53,617 nucleotides of DNA from NCBI GenBank assembly GCA_028282565.1, contig JANQHS010000363.1, positions 1-53,617 on the forward strand, written 5' to 3'. Position numbers and translations under genes: made by a program. This document shows positions 1-8,584 of the stretch, in pieces (position 1 is the first letter of the stretch; each line of letters begins with the position of its first letter). The notes below the pieces were generated by a model. That model saw only the letters and a program-made list of their open reading frames with translations. It had not been told where the DNA came from and did no database searches. The stretch comes from Cytophagales bacterium (lineage in GTDB: Bacteria > Bacteroidota > Bacteroidia > Cytophagales > CCMP332).

Positions 1-71
1 AAACAAAAGATCACGCAGCTCAAATCCTCAACTAAGCTTGAGTAACAGGGGGTAGTTTTTCCTTCTTTGGT

Positions 72-79
72 TAGCTTTG
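72..79 (+). promoter_or_regulatory. Candidate Bacteroidota sigma-A -7 box (TAGCTTTG) upstream of the transketolase N-terminal subunit
   Basis: Exact match to the TAnnTTTG consensus. It ends only 4 nt before the ATG at 84, which would imply a near-leaderless transcript. Confidence 0.25.
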
Positions 80-83
80 CGAC

Positions 84-947
84 ATGGCAGCCATTACCCA
101 GGAAAGACTATCTTACATCAAAAGTTTATCCTCCCAGGTACGGAGGGATATTGTTCGAATGACCAATGGCGCAAGCTCAGGACACCCAGGTGGTTCTCTA
201 GGTTGCGCCGATTTTTTTGCCCTGCTCTATGGAGAAATCCTCGAGATAAATCGAACTTCTTTTTCAAAGGATGGAAAGGGAGAAGATCTATTTTTTCTAT
301 CCAACGGTCACATATCCCCAGTTTGGTATTCAACACTGGCAAGGGCAACTGAATATTTCGATCCAAAGGAACTAGCAACATTCAGGAAATTGGATTCCAG
401 ATTACAAGGCCATCCAGCAACTGAAGAAGGGCTTCCGGGAATTCGAATTGCGTCGGGTAGTCTCGGGCAAGGATTATCAGTTGCTTGTGGGGCAGCTTTA
501 TCCAAAAAGCTTAACAAAGAAACTCAATCAGTTTATGTTTTGATGGGCGATGGTGAGCAACAAGAAGGTCAAATCTGGGAAGCTGCAATGTTTGCAAGTC
601 ACAATAAGATCGATAACCTGATAGGAATAATTGACTGGAACAATCGTCAAATAGATGGGGATGTAGACGAAATTCTTGGGCTTACTGATCTGGATAAAAA
701 GTATCAAGCTTTTGGTTGGGAGACCTTGGTTGTTGAAGGAAATAACATAGAAAAGCTACATGATGGCCTGGTTCTTGCAAAATCCAAATTAGGACAAGGA
801 AAGCCGGTCATGCTATTGATGAAAACTGAAATGGGTTTTGGTGTCGATTTTATGATGGGCACTCACAAATGGCACGGTGTTGCCCCTAATGATGAACAAC
901 TTAAAGATGCCCTATCTCAACTTGAAGAAACTCTTGGTGATTATTAA
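84..947 (+). CDS. Transketolase, N-terminal (thiamine-diphosphate-binding) subunit of a split enzyme
   Basis: 287-aa ORF with the SGHPGGSLG and GDGEQQEGQIWEA motifs typical of the transketolase PP domain. The length matches the split N-terminal half. Confidence 0.9.
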   Translation: MAAITQERLSYIKSLSSQVRRDIVRMTNGASSGHPGGSLGCADFFALLYGEILEINRTSFSKDGKGEDLFFLSNGHISPVWYSTLARATEYFDPKELATFRKLDSRLQGHPATEEGLPGIRIASGSLGQGLSVACGAALSKKLNKETQSVYVLMGDGEQQEGQIWEAAMFASHNKIDNLIGIIDWNNRQIDGDVDEILGLTDLDKKYQAFGWETLVVEGNNIEKLHDGLVLAKSKLGQGKPVMLLMKTEMGFGVDFMMGTHKWHGVAPNDEQLKDALSQLEETLGDY

Positions 948-2307
948 GAACTTTTTCCTGGTTCTTCTTTTCCTTGCCTCATTTAGTGGCATTCAAGCAC
1001 AAAGTTTATCTCCAGAAAATAAGCTTACCCGAATTTTATTCCTTCTTGATGGAAGTGGAAGTATGCTTGCGCGATGGGAAGGCGAATTTAAAATGGATGC
1101 CGCTAAAAGGCTATTATCCGAATTGGTCGATGACTTAGAATCGGAAAAGAACCTAGAACTGGGTTTGAGAGTTTATGGACACCAGCATCCAAAAACGGAG
1201 AATAATTGCACGGACACTAGACTTGAAGTTGAATTCTCATCTGGTAATCATGAGCAAATCAAAGCAAGACTAAAAGCCATAAAGCCAAAAGGCACCACAC
1301 CCCTTGCGTACTCCTTAGAAAGATGCGCCAACGATTTTCCAGAAGAGCCTAATGTGCGAAATGTAATCATCATCATTACTGATGGTATTGAATCCTGTCA
1401 AGGGGACCCTTGTAAGGTCTCTCTTGCTCTTCAGAAGAAAAACATATTCTTAAAGCCCTTTATCATTGGCTTAGGAATGGATAAGAAATATCAAGATGAA
1501 TTTTCTTGTTTAGGAACCTTTATTTCGGGCGAGGACGAAGCTTCTTTCAAGTCTGCATTAAAAACAGCCATTAATCAGAGTATTAAGCCTTCGAAGATAG
1601 TACTGGAGTTAATGGATGAAGCAGGTAAACCTATTGAAACTGATCTTCCAGTAACATTCTTCAACAATTTCACAGGACAAACTGTAGAAGAAATAATTCA
1701 TTTCCTTGGACCAGATGGGAAGCCTGATCCTTTAAGTATAGATCCAGTCATTACCTACGATCTTACGATTTCTACAATTCCTTCGATAACCAAGAAGAAT
1801 TTGCAATTTGTTGGGGGAGAAACCAGAACCATAAAAGTTAAGGCGCCAACTGGATATCTATCTTTTAAATCCGAAGGGTTTAATGCTTATAAAAATCTTG
1901 AAGTCCTCATAAGGAAAGCAGGAAAATCTGAGTTTATTAATGTTCAACACTTTAAGCAAAAAGAAAGGTATATAACGGGAAACTATGACATTGAAATTTT
2001 GACTTTACCCAGGACTGTTTTCAAAAATGTCAAAATAACCAACCACCAGACAAAAACTCTAACCATTAAGGCTCCGGGAATCCTATCCATACTTGATGGA
2101 GGCAAAGGTGTTGGAGCTATTTATAAGATGAGAAAAAATAAGCCTGATGAGTGGATTATGAATTTCTACTCCAAAGGAAATTTTAATTTACAGCCAGGAA
2201 GATATAAGGTCGTATTTAGGCCGGAGAAGGCTCAGGGTTCAAGATTTACCTCAGTTAAAACATTCACAATAAGACCACAGGCTTCAACTCAAATAAAATT
2301 ATACTAG
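907..2307 (+). CDS. Secreted von Willebrand factor A (VWA) domain protein
   Basis: The ORF track gives 877..2307. The ATG at 907 yields a good signal peptide (MPYLNLKKLLVIIKNFFLVLLFLASFSGIQAQ). The VWA MIDAS-like start LLDGSGSM, TPLAYSL and IIIITDGIESC are present. The start codon is uncertain; 877, 907, 934 and 937 are all possible. Confidence 0.75.
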   Translation: MPYLNLKKLLVIIKNFFLVLLFLASFSGIQAQSLSPENKLTRILFLLDGSGSMLARWEGEFKMDAAKRLLSELVDDLESEKNLELGLRVYGHQHPKTENNCTDTRLEVEFSSGNHEQIKARLKAIKPKGTTPLAYSLERCANDFPEEPNVRNVIIIITDGIESCQGDPCKVSLALQKKNIFLKPFIIGLGMDKKYQDEFSCLGTFISGEDEASFKSALKTAINQSIKPSKIVLELMDEAGKPIETDLPVTFFNNFTGQTVEEIIHFLGPDGKPDPLSIDPVITYDLTISTIPSITKKNLQFVGGETRTIKVKAPTGYLSFKSEGFNAYKNLEVLIRKAGKSEFINVQHFKQKERYITGNYDIEILTLPRTVFKNVKITNHQTKTLTIKAPGILSILDGGKGVGAIYKMRKNKPDEWIMNFYSKGNFNLQPGRYKVVFRPEKAQGSRFTSVKTFTIRPQASTQIKLY

Positions 2308-3252
2308 ATGGAGACTCTTGTAATGGAAGAAAAGGATACTAGATCGGGATTTGGTGCCGGACTAGCCGAATTGGGCAGAACAAATGATAAGGTAGTTGGG
2401 CTTTGTGCCGACCTTACCGGATCACTTAAAATGGATGCTTTCAAAAAGGAGAACCCTGAACGCTTCTTTCAAGCAGGAATTGCTGAAGCCAATATGATTG
2501 GTCTTGCTGCAGGATTAGCTATTGGAGGAAAAATCCCTTTTACTGGAACTTTTGCCAATTTTTCAACTGGAAGGGTTTATGATCAAATTAGGCAAAGTAT
2601 TGCCTATTCTGATCTTAATGTCAAAATCTGTGCATCTCACGCAGGATTGACATTAGGTGAAGACGGAGCTACTCATCAGATTCTTGAAGATCTCGGAATG
2701 ATGAAGATGCTTCCCAACATGACAGTAATCAATCCATGTGATTATAATCAAACTAAGGCTGCCACAATTGCTATTGCAAATCACCAAGGCCCAGTTTATT
2801 TAAGATTTGGGCGACCAAAAGTCCCAAACTTCACCCCTGAAAATCAAAGTTTTGAAATTGGAAAAGGGCTATTACTGAGAGAAGGTGATTCTTTAACTAT
2901 CGTAGCTACTGGCCACCTTGTTTGGGAAGCCCTAGAAGCAGCAAAAGAATTGGAAAGCAAAGGAATAAATGCCGAAGTCATTAATATCCATACCGTCAAG
3001 CCCCTCGATGAGGAAATCATCTTAAAATCTGCTCAAAAAACAAAGGCTGTTATTACTGCTGAAGAACACCAACAAAATGGAGGACTAGGGGAAAGTGTAG
3101 CAAGTCTGTTGGCAAGAAAACTTCCAACCCGAATGGCGATGGTTGCAGTTCAGGATTCCTTTGGTGAAAGTGGTACTCCTAGGCAGCTCATGGAAAAGTA
3201 TGGGATAACAAAGACGGATATAGTCTCTAAAGCTCTTAAGCTAAAGGCTTAA
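2308..3252 (+). CDS. Transketolase, C-terminal (pyrimidine-binding plus C-terminal domain) subunit
   Basis: 314-aa ORF with FFQAGIAEANMIGLAAGLA and GEDGATHQ motifs. Its ATG directly abuts the TAG of the preceding VWA gene. Confidence 0.9.
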   Translation: METLVMEEKDTRSGFGAGLAELGRTNDKVVGLCADLTGSLKMDAFKKENPERFFQAGIAEANMIGLAAGLAIGGKIPFTGTFANFSTGRVYDQIRQSIAYSDLNVKICASHAGLTLGEDGATHQILEDLGMMKMLPNMTVINPCDYNQTKAATIAIANHQGPVYLRFGRPKVPNFTPENQSFEIGKGLLLREGDSLTIVATGHLVWEALEAAKELESKGINAEVINIHTVKPLDEEIILKSAQKTKAVITAEEHQQNGGLGESVASLLARKLPTRMAMVAVQDSFGESGTPRQLMEKYGITKTDIVSKALKLKA

Positions 3253-3393
3253 ATATCTAAAGCTATTACAAACCTGAAGCCTTGTGTGTCGGCCGAGTTT
3301 CCCTCAACCAGTTTGGCACCGGAGGCAGGAAGGGCTTCCCTGAACCAGTCTGGGACAGGCTTCTCGCCCCTAACATTTACTTTAGTTGAGATA

Positions 3394-3427
3394 TAAAAAA
3401 ACCCAAAGCTTTTTGCAAACTTTGGGG
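3394..3427 (-). terminator. Rho-independent terminator downstream of tRNA-Lys
   Basis: On the minus strand, CCCAAAGTTTGCAAAAAGCTTTGGG forms a hairpin of about 10 bp. A run of seven T follows it immediately. Confidence 0.55.
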
Positions 3428-3432
3428 CTTTG

Positions 3433-3505
3433 TGAGTCGGCCGGGGCTCGAACCCGGGACCCTCTCCTTAAAAGGGAGATGCTCTACCAACTGAGCTACC
3501 GACTC
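3433..3505 (-). tRNA. tRNA-Lys (anticodon TTT)
   Basis: The reverse complement reads GAGTCGGTAGCTCAGTTGGTAGAGCATCTCCCTTTTAAGGAGAGGGTCCCGGGTTCGAGCCCCGGCCGACTCA. It folds as a cloverleaf with the anticodon loop CTTTTAA and a GGTTCGAGC T-arm. No CCA is encoded. Confidence 0.9.
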
Positions 3506-3545
3506 TTTTCGAGATTGATTATTTTCGCCCCCGAAAATGAGGCTG

Positions 3546-3553
3546 CAAATTTA
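3546..3553 (-). promoter_or_regulatory. Candidate -7 box (TAAATTTG) upstream of tRNA-Lys
   Basis: Exact TAnnTTTG match on the minus strand, about 40 nt upstream of the mature tRNA 5' end. Confidence 0.3.
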
Positions 3554-3563
3554 GGTAGGTCAA

Positions 3564-4280
3564 ATGAATATCCAAACCCTGATAAGGTTTTTAGGAATCT
3601 CTTTGTTGATAAATGTTTCCGTTCAGGGAAAAACCCTGGAAGAAGCTGATTCTCTGTACGCAATTCATGAGTATACATCAGCCTTCAGCATCTATGATTC
3701 GCTATTCACCTCTGGATTTGCATCCGAAAGCATGATCCTTAAAATGGGCTTGATCGCCGAAGGCTCGGGTAATTACCCGGGAGCCCTCTTTTACCTGAGT
3801 TTTTATGAAAAGACCTATGGAGGTGATGCGGTTGAAAAAAAGATCTCGGAAATCGCCGAAGAGCATGATCTGGAAGGCTACAATGTCGACGACATTCAGT
3901 TCTTGAGAAAGACCTTCTTTGATTATTTTGAATGGATCCTGGCGGTTCTGTTTCTGTTTTCAGCCTTATTGGCAGTATTGATCGTTGTGAACTCAATCAG
4001 AAGGAAGCCAAAAGCATGGTCCTCCCTTCTACTTATGCTTACACTGGGAACAGGCATTTATGTCCTGAGCTTCTATGAGAGATCACAGGCCCATCCGGGT
4101 ATCATTATGGCACCCAAAGGTTACCTGATGGAAGGGCCCTCAGCAGGCTCAGAGGTCATGGAGCCGGTTGCCCCGGGAGAGAAGGTTTATATTCTGGGAA
4201 AAACCGATTATTGGCTCAGGGTTGAGCGCTCGGGAGTTGAGGGATACCTGCGAGAGAACCAGGTTTGGGAGCTGAAGTGA
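3564..4280 (+). CDS. Membrane protein with an N-terminal TPR-like region and a C-terminal bacterial SH3 domain (BatE-like architecture)
   Basis: 238-aa ORF with a signal/anchor sequence and two central hydrophobic helices. The C-terminal KVYILGKTDYWLRVERSGVEGYLRENQVW is typical of SH3b domains. Confidence 0.6.
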   Translation: MNIQTLIRFLGISLLINVSVQGKTLEEADSLYAIHEYTSAFSIYDSLFTSGFASESMILKMGLIAEGSGNYPGALFYLSFYEKTYGGDAVEKKISEIAEEHDLEGYNVDDIQFLRKTFFDYFEWILAVLFLFSALLAVLIVVNSIRRKPKAWSSLLLMLTLGTGIYVLSFYERSQAHPGIIMAPKGYLMEGPSAGSEVMEPVAPGEKVYILGKTDYWLRVERSGVEGYLRENQVWELK

Positions 4281-4281
4281 A

Positions 4282-5085
4282 TTAAAGGGGAGAATCCTTC
4301 TCCTTTCTGAAATGCGCCAGAACCTTGCTGTCCATCCAGGAAGGGAATAGTTTGTTCATGAACACTGTGAGTCTTCCCTGGGTGGTGAGCGTAAGGATCT
4401 TCTTCCGTTTTTTTACCGCCAGGTATATATGATTCGCTACCTCTTCCGCCGACATGATCTTGCCCTCTTCCAAGGGGGATTTTCCCTGGGAACTTCCATC
4501 AGCAAGGAGAGCCGATTTCCTGATATTCGATGATGTAAAACCCGGACAGGCGATAAGCACATGGACATTCCTTGGAATCAGCTCTGTTCTCAAGGATTCA
4601 AGAAAACCCTGCATTCCGAATTTGGATGCAGAATAACCTGTTCGCCCGGGAAGTCCTCTGTAACCTGCAATCGAGGAAATGCCAACAACCGATCCTTTTG
4701 ACTTCAGGATCATGGGTAAGAATGCCTTTGTGGTGTAAACAGTGCCCATGAGATTAATATCGATAAGCTTCTTGATCACTTCAGGGTCAAGATCCACAAA
4801 CAATGCTCTCATGGATATCCCGGCATTATTGATCAGCACGTCTGTCCTTCCATATTTGTCCGAAACCTCTTTTTCAAAGGCTTCAACCTCACCCGGGACA
4901 GATACATCCGCAGCAACACCCAATGCTTGAATTCCTGAATCCCGAAGCTCGGACTCTACTTCTGATATTCTTTGCCGGTCACGTCCTGAAAAGGCAATGG
5001 CAAACCCATTCTTTCCAAACTCGAATGCCAATGCTCTTCCTATTCCTGAACTTGCGCCGGTAATTACACATACGGGTTTATCCAT
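4282..5085 (-). CDS. Short-chain dehydrogenase/reductase (classical SDR)
   Basis: Contains the TGASSGIGRA cofactor motif, NNAG, and the YSASK catalytic motif. It overlaps the upstream sugar transferase gene by 8 nt, so it is the last gene of the glycan operon. Confidence 0.85.
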   Translation of the reverse strand: MDKPVCVITGASSGIGRALAFEFGKNGFAIAFSGRDRQRISEVESELRDSGIQALGVAADVSVPGEVEAFEKEVSDKYGRTDVLINNAGISMRALFVDLDPEVIKKLIDINLMGTVYTTKAFLPMILKSKGSVVGISSIAGYRGLPGRTGYSASKFGMQGFLESLRTELIPRNVHVLIACPGFTSSNIRKSALLADGSSQGKSPLEEGKIMSAEEVANHIYLAVKKRKKILTLTTQGRLTVFMNKLFPSWMDSKVLAHFRKEKDSPL

Positions 5086-5680
5086 GACTTCCCTTAAACA
5101 TAAGAACGAAGGAACTAATGATAATGCTCAAATCACTCCAAAAGGTTCTTTTACGTATGTAATCCAGATTGATCTCAAGCTTTTCAGGCATCAAATGATC
5201 TATATAGTATTGCGTTGGATCTTTCTTCGCCTCCAGAAGCTCATTTTCGTTTCGGTATTTCAATGATGCCGGGTCTGTTATGCCAGGTTTTACGGAAAGC
5301 ACTTCCATTTGCTCCGAAGTATACAATCGAACAAATCTTGGAACCTCCGGTCTCGGGCCCACAAAACTCATCTGGCCGGCAAAAACATTTATCAGCTGTG
5401 GTAATTCATCCAACTTATAGTTTCTCAGTACCCTACCTACATTCGTTATTCTTGAATCGGACTTTCCCACGGTAAGGAATCCTCCCTTTTCGGAATCCAC
5501 CCTCATGGTTCGGAACTTGATGAGCTTGAATTCCTTCGCACCCTTCCCTACTCTGAGCTGTTTGAAGAATACCGGCCCTCGTGAATCCATGATGATCAAG
5601 ATAGATATGATGGCAAATACCGGAAGGAAAACAACCAGTGAAATAAAGGAAACCAGAAGATCGAAAATGGACTTGATCAG
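5078..5680 (-). CDS. PglC/WcfS-like small monotopic phosphoglycosyl transferase (initiating undecaprenyl-phosphate sugar-phosphate transferase)
   Basis: The DSRGPVFFKQLRVGKGAKEFKLIKFRTM and PGITD motifs fit the bacterial sugar transferase family. The ORF track starts at TTG 5599. However, the frame stays open to 5704 and encodes the expected membrane helix IKSIFDLLVSFISLVVFLPVFAIISIL. I place the start at CTG 5678-5680, but the start codon is uncertain. Confidence 0.8.
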   Translation of the reverse strand: MIKSIFDLLVSFISLVVFLPVFAIISILIIMDSRGPVFFKQLRVGKGAKEFKLIKFRTMRVDSEKGGFLTVGKSDSRITNVGRVLRNYKLDELPQLINVFAGQMSFVGPRPEVPRFVRLYTSEQMEVLSVKPGITDPASLKYRNENELLEAKKDPTQYYIDHLMPEKLEINLDYIRKRTFWSDLSIIISSFVLMFKGSHG

Positions 5681-6885
5681 GACAAGACTTTTAATACAGC
5701 AGCCTCAATATGCTCCAGAACATATTCCTGATCTTCCCTTGTAAGCCCAGGGTAAATCGGAAGGGAGATCATTGACTGGTAGAGCTGATCGGCCACAGGA
5801 TAATCCTCAATTCTGAATCCCATTTCCCTGAAGAGACTTAGTCGGGGCAAGGGAATAAAATGGACATTACTTGCAATACCCTTTTCTGTTAGTTGATCGA
5901 CTATTTGATCCCTTTGAGATTCTTTGAAGTCCTTAAGACGCAAGGGATAAAGATGGTATGAAGGGGTCCCATTTTTCCAGATATCCTCAGGAGTAATGGT
6001 CCACACTTTACCCCTGAAAAAATCCAGATAACGCTGGAATATCTCTTTCCGCATAGAGAGAATATGATCATACTCATTAAGTTGAGCAAGGCCTATGGCG
6101 GCAAGAACATCTGGCAGGTTTATTTTCAATCCTGGCAGAACGATATCGTATTTCCAATTCCCTCCTTGTGACTTCTCCAGGGCATTCTTGGTTTGGCCAT
6201 TCAGGGTCATCAGCTTAAACCACCTATGCGTTTCCTGCTTATCAAAATCATCCGGAAGGTTCAGTACTATCGCCCCGCCCTCTGCGGTGGTCAGGTTCTT
6301 AACCGCATGAAACGAGAAAACGGAGATATCCGCCATTTTTCCTGCATCGACCCCGTTCCTTTCGGCCCCGATCGAGTGAGCCGCATCCGCCATGATCAAT
6401 GGTCTGCCGAGCCTTTGCTGGTTCTCACCGCGCATCTCAAAATTGATCCCGCTCTCCTCCACCAACTGGTAGATGGGTTTGTAATCCGCCGGCCAGCCTC
6501 CATAATCCACACCCATGATCGCCTTGGTCTTTGGAGTTAAAGCTTTTCGGATCTCTTCAGGATCGATGGAAAAATCATCCATTACGTCCACGATCACCGG
6601 ACGTCCTCCGGCATGGATCACGGCCAAGGCGCTTGCAGCATAAGTATATGCAGGCACAATAACCTCATCATCTTCTTTTAGATTCAGCCATTTCAAGGTC
6701 AGGATAGCTCCGGAGGTCCATGAATTCACAGGTATCACTTCCTTTATCCCAAGTCTCAAGGCAAGCGCTTCCTCAAAGGCCTTTACCTTTGGGCCGGTGG
6801 TGATCCACCCTGACTCCAGCGTTTGGTTTACCTCATCGATTACACTTTGACTTATAAAGGGAGGTGAGAATGGGATCTTTTTCAA
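5677..6885 (-). CDS. DegT/DnrJ/EryC1/StrS family PLP-dependent sugar aminotransferase (PglE/WcfR-like)
   Basis: 402-aa ORF with the FSFHAVKNLTTAEGG Schiff-base lysine motif and WITTGPKVKAFE near the N-terminus. It sits directly upstream of the PglC-like gene, as in bacillosamine/AATGal modules. Confidence 0.85.
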   Translation of the reverse strand: MKKIPFSPPFISQSVIDEVNQTLESGWITTGPKVKAFEEALALRLGIKEVIPVNSWTSGAILTLKWLNLKEDDEVIVPAYTYAASALAVIHAGGRPVIVDVMDDFSIDPEEIRKALTPKTKAIMGVDYGGWPADYKPIYQLVEESGINFEMRGENQQRLGRPLIMADAAHSIGAERNGVDAGKMADISVFSFHAVKNLTTAEGGAIVLNLPDDFDKQETHRWFKLMTLNGQTKNALEKSQGGNWKYDIVLPGLKINLPDVLAAIGLAQLNEYDHILSMRKEIFQRYLDFFRGKVWTITPEDIWKNGTPSYHLYPLRLKDFKESQRDQIVDQLTEKGIASNVHFIPLPRLSLFREMGFRIEDYPVADQLYQSMISLPIYPGLTREDQEYVLEHIEAAVLKVLS

Positions 6886-7511
6886 GCTATTCTTTTTTGC
6901 ATACCTACTGATTTTCCATCATTAGAAAAAATCTCCCAGCCACTTTTCTTATAGGCTCCTATGGCCTTGCCATTATCGGCCTTCACCGTAAGCTTCATCA
7001 GATGAATGTCCATTTCCTTAGTTCGTCGTTCAAACTCCAACAACAATTTCTGACCTATACCCTGGCCTTGAAATTCGGGGTCAACGCCAATTACAACCAA
7101 ACCGGTATGTGGGGCTGCAGTTTCCTGATCCGGCCGTGATTTCACTTCAGGGGGAACAATTCTGTACCAGATATTTCGAAAAACAAATCGGTATTTTCGG
7201 AACATCTCACGGTGAAAGAGTAACCAGGGGCGCTGTATAAAGGCTAGAACTGCCGCCTCAAAACTATGCTGGGCCATAGAACTTGCGGAGCCAAATGGGA
7301 GTTTTCCATTTACCACTATTCCACCACAATAACCTTTCGTTCCTTCATCGCTCTGCTCCATAAAAATGAAGCCATATGGAGAATCCAGGTACCAACTCAA
7401 CATGGACTGAAGATATCTCAGGCCCATAGCACTTGACAGGGAGGAAGTAAATGATCTTTTATGGCAAAATGCCACCGATGCGAGATCCGAAGGATTGACT
7501 TGCCTGATCAT
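6882..7511 (-). CDS. GNAT family N-acetyltransferase
   Basis: Acetyl-CoA binding motif FQGQGIGQKLL. The 209-aa ORF has 4-nt overlaps with both neighbouring genes. Confidence 0.7.
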   Translation of the reverse strand: MIRQVNPSDLASVAFCHKRSFTSSLSSAMGLRYLQSMLSWYLDSPYGFIFMEQSDEGTKGYCGGIVVNGKLPFGSASSMAQHSFEAAVLAFIQRPWLLFHREMFRKYRFVFRNIWYRIVPPEVKSRPDQETAAPHTGLVVIGVDPEFQGQGIGQKLLLEFERRTKEMDIHLMKLTVKADNGKAIGAYKKSGWEIFSNDGKSVGMQKRIA

Positions 7512-8584
7512 TTCAAAATCGAAACAATTTTTTCGATCACCCTTTCAGCGGTCTTTCCATCCCAATGCTTCGGGATCCTCCCTTGTTTCCAATTCCCCTT
7601 CGCCATGGTTCTCACATATTCCTGCACCCTGTCCCATTCTTGTCCGACCAAAACATTGGTACCTATCTCTACCGTTTCCGGTCTTTCCGTAGTACTTCTT
7701 AAGGTCAAGCATGGAACTCCGAGGTATGTGGTTTCCTCCTGAATTCCCCCGCTATCGGTCACAACACCAAGCGAATTCTTGACCAGATATAAAAACTGGT
7801 TATAACCCAATGGGTTCAAGAACTCAATATCCGGGAGATCTTTGATCCTATCCAGTGATTTTTTGGTTCTCGGGTGTACCGGAAATACCAAGGGCACTTC
7901 TCCGGCGCCTCGAACTATTTCGTTTAGCAATTTCTCAAGCTTCATAGGATCATCCACATTTGTAGGCCTGTGAAGGGTCAGTAGCAGAAAATCCCTTTTG
8001 GCATTTCGAAATTCAGGTGCATTAAAATGTTCCTGTTGAAATACCAGAGTATCGATCATGGTATTGCCTACCAAAAATATCTTTGACGGGTCAACACCCT
8101 CGGCAACAAGATTTTCCCCCGCTGAGGTGGTTGTGGTAAAGAAGAAATCCGAAATGGAATCGGTGACCTTGCGATTGATCTCTTCCGGCATGCCCAAATC
8201 TCCGGATCGGATACCTCCTTCTACATGAGCTACCAGGATTCCTAACTTTTTTGCCACGATCGAGCAAGCAAGCGTGGAATTCACATCGCCCACGACAACC
8301 AAAATATCCGGGGTGTGATTGAGGAGATCTTTCTCAATCCCTAGCATTATCTGGGCTGTCTGCTCCGCATGGGAGCCGGATCCGGCCTCAAGATTTATAC
8401 CTGGTTCCGGAATCCCGAGATCCGAGAAAAAAGAAGCAGACAAGGCAGGGTCATAATGTTGACCCGTATGTACCAATCTGTAATTGATATCCAACCCCTC
8501 TTCCTTCCTTTTTTCCAGCTCCCGTATTATAGGAGCTATTTTCATGAAATTTGGCCTTGCGCCAGCGATGAGCGTCAGCTTCAT
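7508..8584 (-). CDS. wecB: UDP-N-acetylglucosamine 2-epimerase (non-hydrolysing) family
   Basis: Contains GARPNFMKIAPI, HVEGGIRS and DSGGIQEE motifs. Length is 358 aa. Confidence 0.85.
   Translation of the reverse strand: MKLTLIAGARPNFMKIAPIIRELEKRKEEGLDINYRLVHTGQHYDPALSASFFSDLGIPEPGINLEAGSGSHAEQTAQIMLGIEKDLLNHTPDILVVVGDVNSTLACSIVAKKLGILVAHVEGGIRSGDLGMPEEINRKVTDSISDFFFTTTTSAGENLVAEGVDPSKIFLVGNTMIDTLVFQQEHFNAPEFRNAKRDFLLLTLHRPTNVDDPMKLEKLLNEIVRGAGEVPLVFPVHPRTKKSLDRIKDLPDIEFLNPLGYNQFLYLVKNSLGVVTDSGGIQEETTYLGVPCLTLRSTTERPETVEIGTNVLVGQEWDRVQEYVRTMAKGNWKQGRIPKHWDGKTAERVIEKIVSILK

Noticed and set aside
877-906. The longest-ORF start (877) for the VWA protein.
   Set aside because: It would add a non-signal-like N-terminus (MLPLMMNNLK) and a 71-nt overlap with the transketolase subunit. 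The ATG at 907 gives a proper signal peptide, although TTG 934 and GTG 937 remain possible.
3281-3370. A possible SRP (4.5S) RNA or other named small RNA in the GC-rich spacer next to tRNA-Lys.
   Set aside because: I could not find the conserved domain IV features (GGAA tetraloop flanked by AGCA/GGA loops) on either strand. No convincing long closing helix forms either. It is kept only as an unexplained repeat-containing spacer.
3386-3649. An 87-aa plus-strand ORF (and the 60-aa minus-strand ORF at 3496-3678) spanning the tRNA region.
   Set aside because: It overlaps the well-folded tRNA-Lys gene and its terminator. The translation is low-complexity with no recognisable motif, so it is almost certainly spurious.
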